From Nageia nagi (Eukaryota; Plantae; Pinophyta): 64,000 nucleotides of DNA. The position numbers and the translations under genes were made by a program. Of the stretch, positions 62,782 through 64,000 are shown in pieces. The notes below the pieces were generated by a model, which was not told the origin of the DNA, did no database searches, and worked only from the letters and a program-made list of their open reading frames with translations. Within the stretch, counting starts at the first letter, position 1. Each line of letters opens with the position of its first letter. The DNA is taken from the NCBI GenBank assembly GCA_050084985.1, contig JBITNC010000001.1:122264001-122328000 (forward strand), in the 5' to 3' direction.

Positions 62782-63046
62782 ATTGGAGAAGTTTAAAAGC
62801 TATTGAAGTGCAAGAAAGTTAAACCCTAATATAGACAAAGTATTATGGTCTTGGAACTAGATATAAATAGAGTTAATAAAATTGTGAGGATGATTTTGGA
62901 TAGCCCAAATCAATTGGAGAAGTTTAAAAGCTATTGAAGTGCAAGAAAGTTAAACCCTAATATAGACAAAGTATTATGGTCTTGGAACTAGATATAAATA
63001 GAGTTAATAAAATTGTGAGGATGATTTTGGATAGCCCAAATCAATT
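62782..63046. repeat. Perfect 131-bp tandem duplication with ATT junction microhomology
   Basis: 62782-62912 equals 62913-63043; no mismatch seen. Confidence 0.95.
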
Positions 63047-63688
63047 CAAATGAAAGCAATACAATGGAGAAATATTACAGTCATTTACTGTGTCCGTTTT
63101 TTTCTGTGTGTTTAGTATTGTGTGTTTTTATGATCTTTGATGGATATTATTTTAAATGTTCAGAATTACATTTATATGCGTAATAAACTTATTTGAATAT
63201 AGAAGTTGCATCATATTTAAATAGACATTGAGTTAAATATATTGCGCTTATATCCACTTCAATGGGGCTATTGATAAAATATGATAGAACATGCTATGTG
63301 CTTATTTGGCTGAGACGCATCTCATAAAGCCTCAAGTTGCTAAGAATGAAATAAAGAAAAGAAAAATTATTAATGTTTAAAATGAGTATATTTCGTCAAT
63401 GAAATGCAAAAGTAGAAATTATTGATGCAACAAGCAAAGAAGTGGAGCACTATATGTATACAGAAAGAGAAGAGAATTGGGAAACCCCTTTGAGTCATTA
63501 TCATTGCCATAAGTACTACCCGTGACAGTGTTCATTATTGTTTTCCAAGAATATTTAAATCCACACCAGCATATGGAGATATCTGAATTTAAGCCATTCA
63601 AGAAATTTAACTGTTGTTTGCTGCTCTTTTGCACCTTATACAACAAAATGGCTAGTTTCCTTATGTCTTGAGAATATCCTATTTCCAC

Positions 63689-64000
63689 TAGTGTACATCA
63701 TTTTGTCAAATATAGAAGCATGTTCTCCTACATTGAATTTGCTACGTATATTAAGTGCTCAAAAGCTAGCATCTACCAGGTATGCTCATTGTATTTTCAG
63801 CCTGAACATTGTAAAGTCTAGACATATTCATAATATTAAAATAAATGAATCTTATAAATCTCATGAATCTACAAGATGTTTATAGAATTTTTATGTTAGT
63901 TGGGATTAGAAGATCCTTTCAGATAACTTTTTGTACTTTCATTTTAAGATTAATTTTTTGTAACATAAGAATGGAGATTGGCATTACGTCCTCCTCTCTT
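63689..64000 (+). repeat. Diverged copy of 13363-13686, runs off the window end
   Basis: Same collinear blocks as listed for 13363-13686. Confidence 0.85.

Noticed and set aside
63419-63885. ORFs of 89 and 64 aa near the right edge
   Set aside because: GTG starts, no recognisable domain, and the paralogous copy at 13363-13686 does not preserve a frame.

Overview
AT-rich, strongly CpG/CHG-depleted plant nuclear DNA, most likely a conifer/gymnosperm. That call is an inference from the PLS-class PPR motif wording and a Tat-type gypsy element with PR-aRH-RT-RH-INT order. I find no intact protein-coding gene. Most of the window is a nested graveyard of decayed transposons: at least three Ty3/gypsy elements, a dismembered Ty1/copia element, two complete hAT elements with 8-bp TSDs plus a hAT fragment and a hAT MITE, two solo LTRs with perfect 5-bp TSDs, an RT-less LTR element with 2-2.6 kb LTRs, two CACTA-type termini and a TTAA-flanked TIR element. 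Small host-derived islands carry scrambled PPR pseudogene fragments in both orientations (2.3-5.4 kb, 17.2-17.5 kb). The most interesting signals are: (i) a CpG/CHG-retaining island at 17.16-18.75 kb with a coherent chain of minus-strand splice sites and no ORF, whose last exon would be antisense to a PPR fragment (candidate PPR-targeting TAS-like/lncRNA locus); (ii) a PPR-derived tandem repeat made from an internally deleted S-P unit; (iii) arrays of ~55-bp palindromic modules containing RY motifs, shared by different retroelement regions; (iv) a TTAA-flanked GGG...CCC element of uncertain superfamily; and (v) a 34-bp stem-loop identical in two otherwise divergent hAT elements. All coordinates and translations were read by eye; boundaries not backed by a TSD are approximate.
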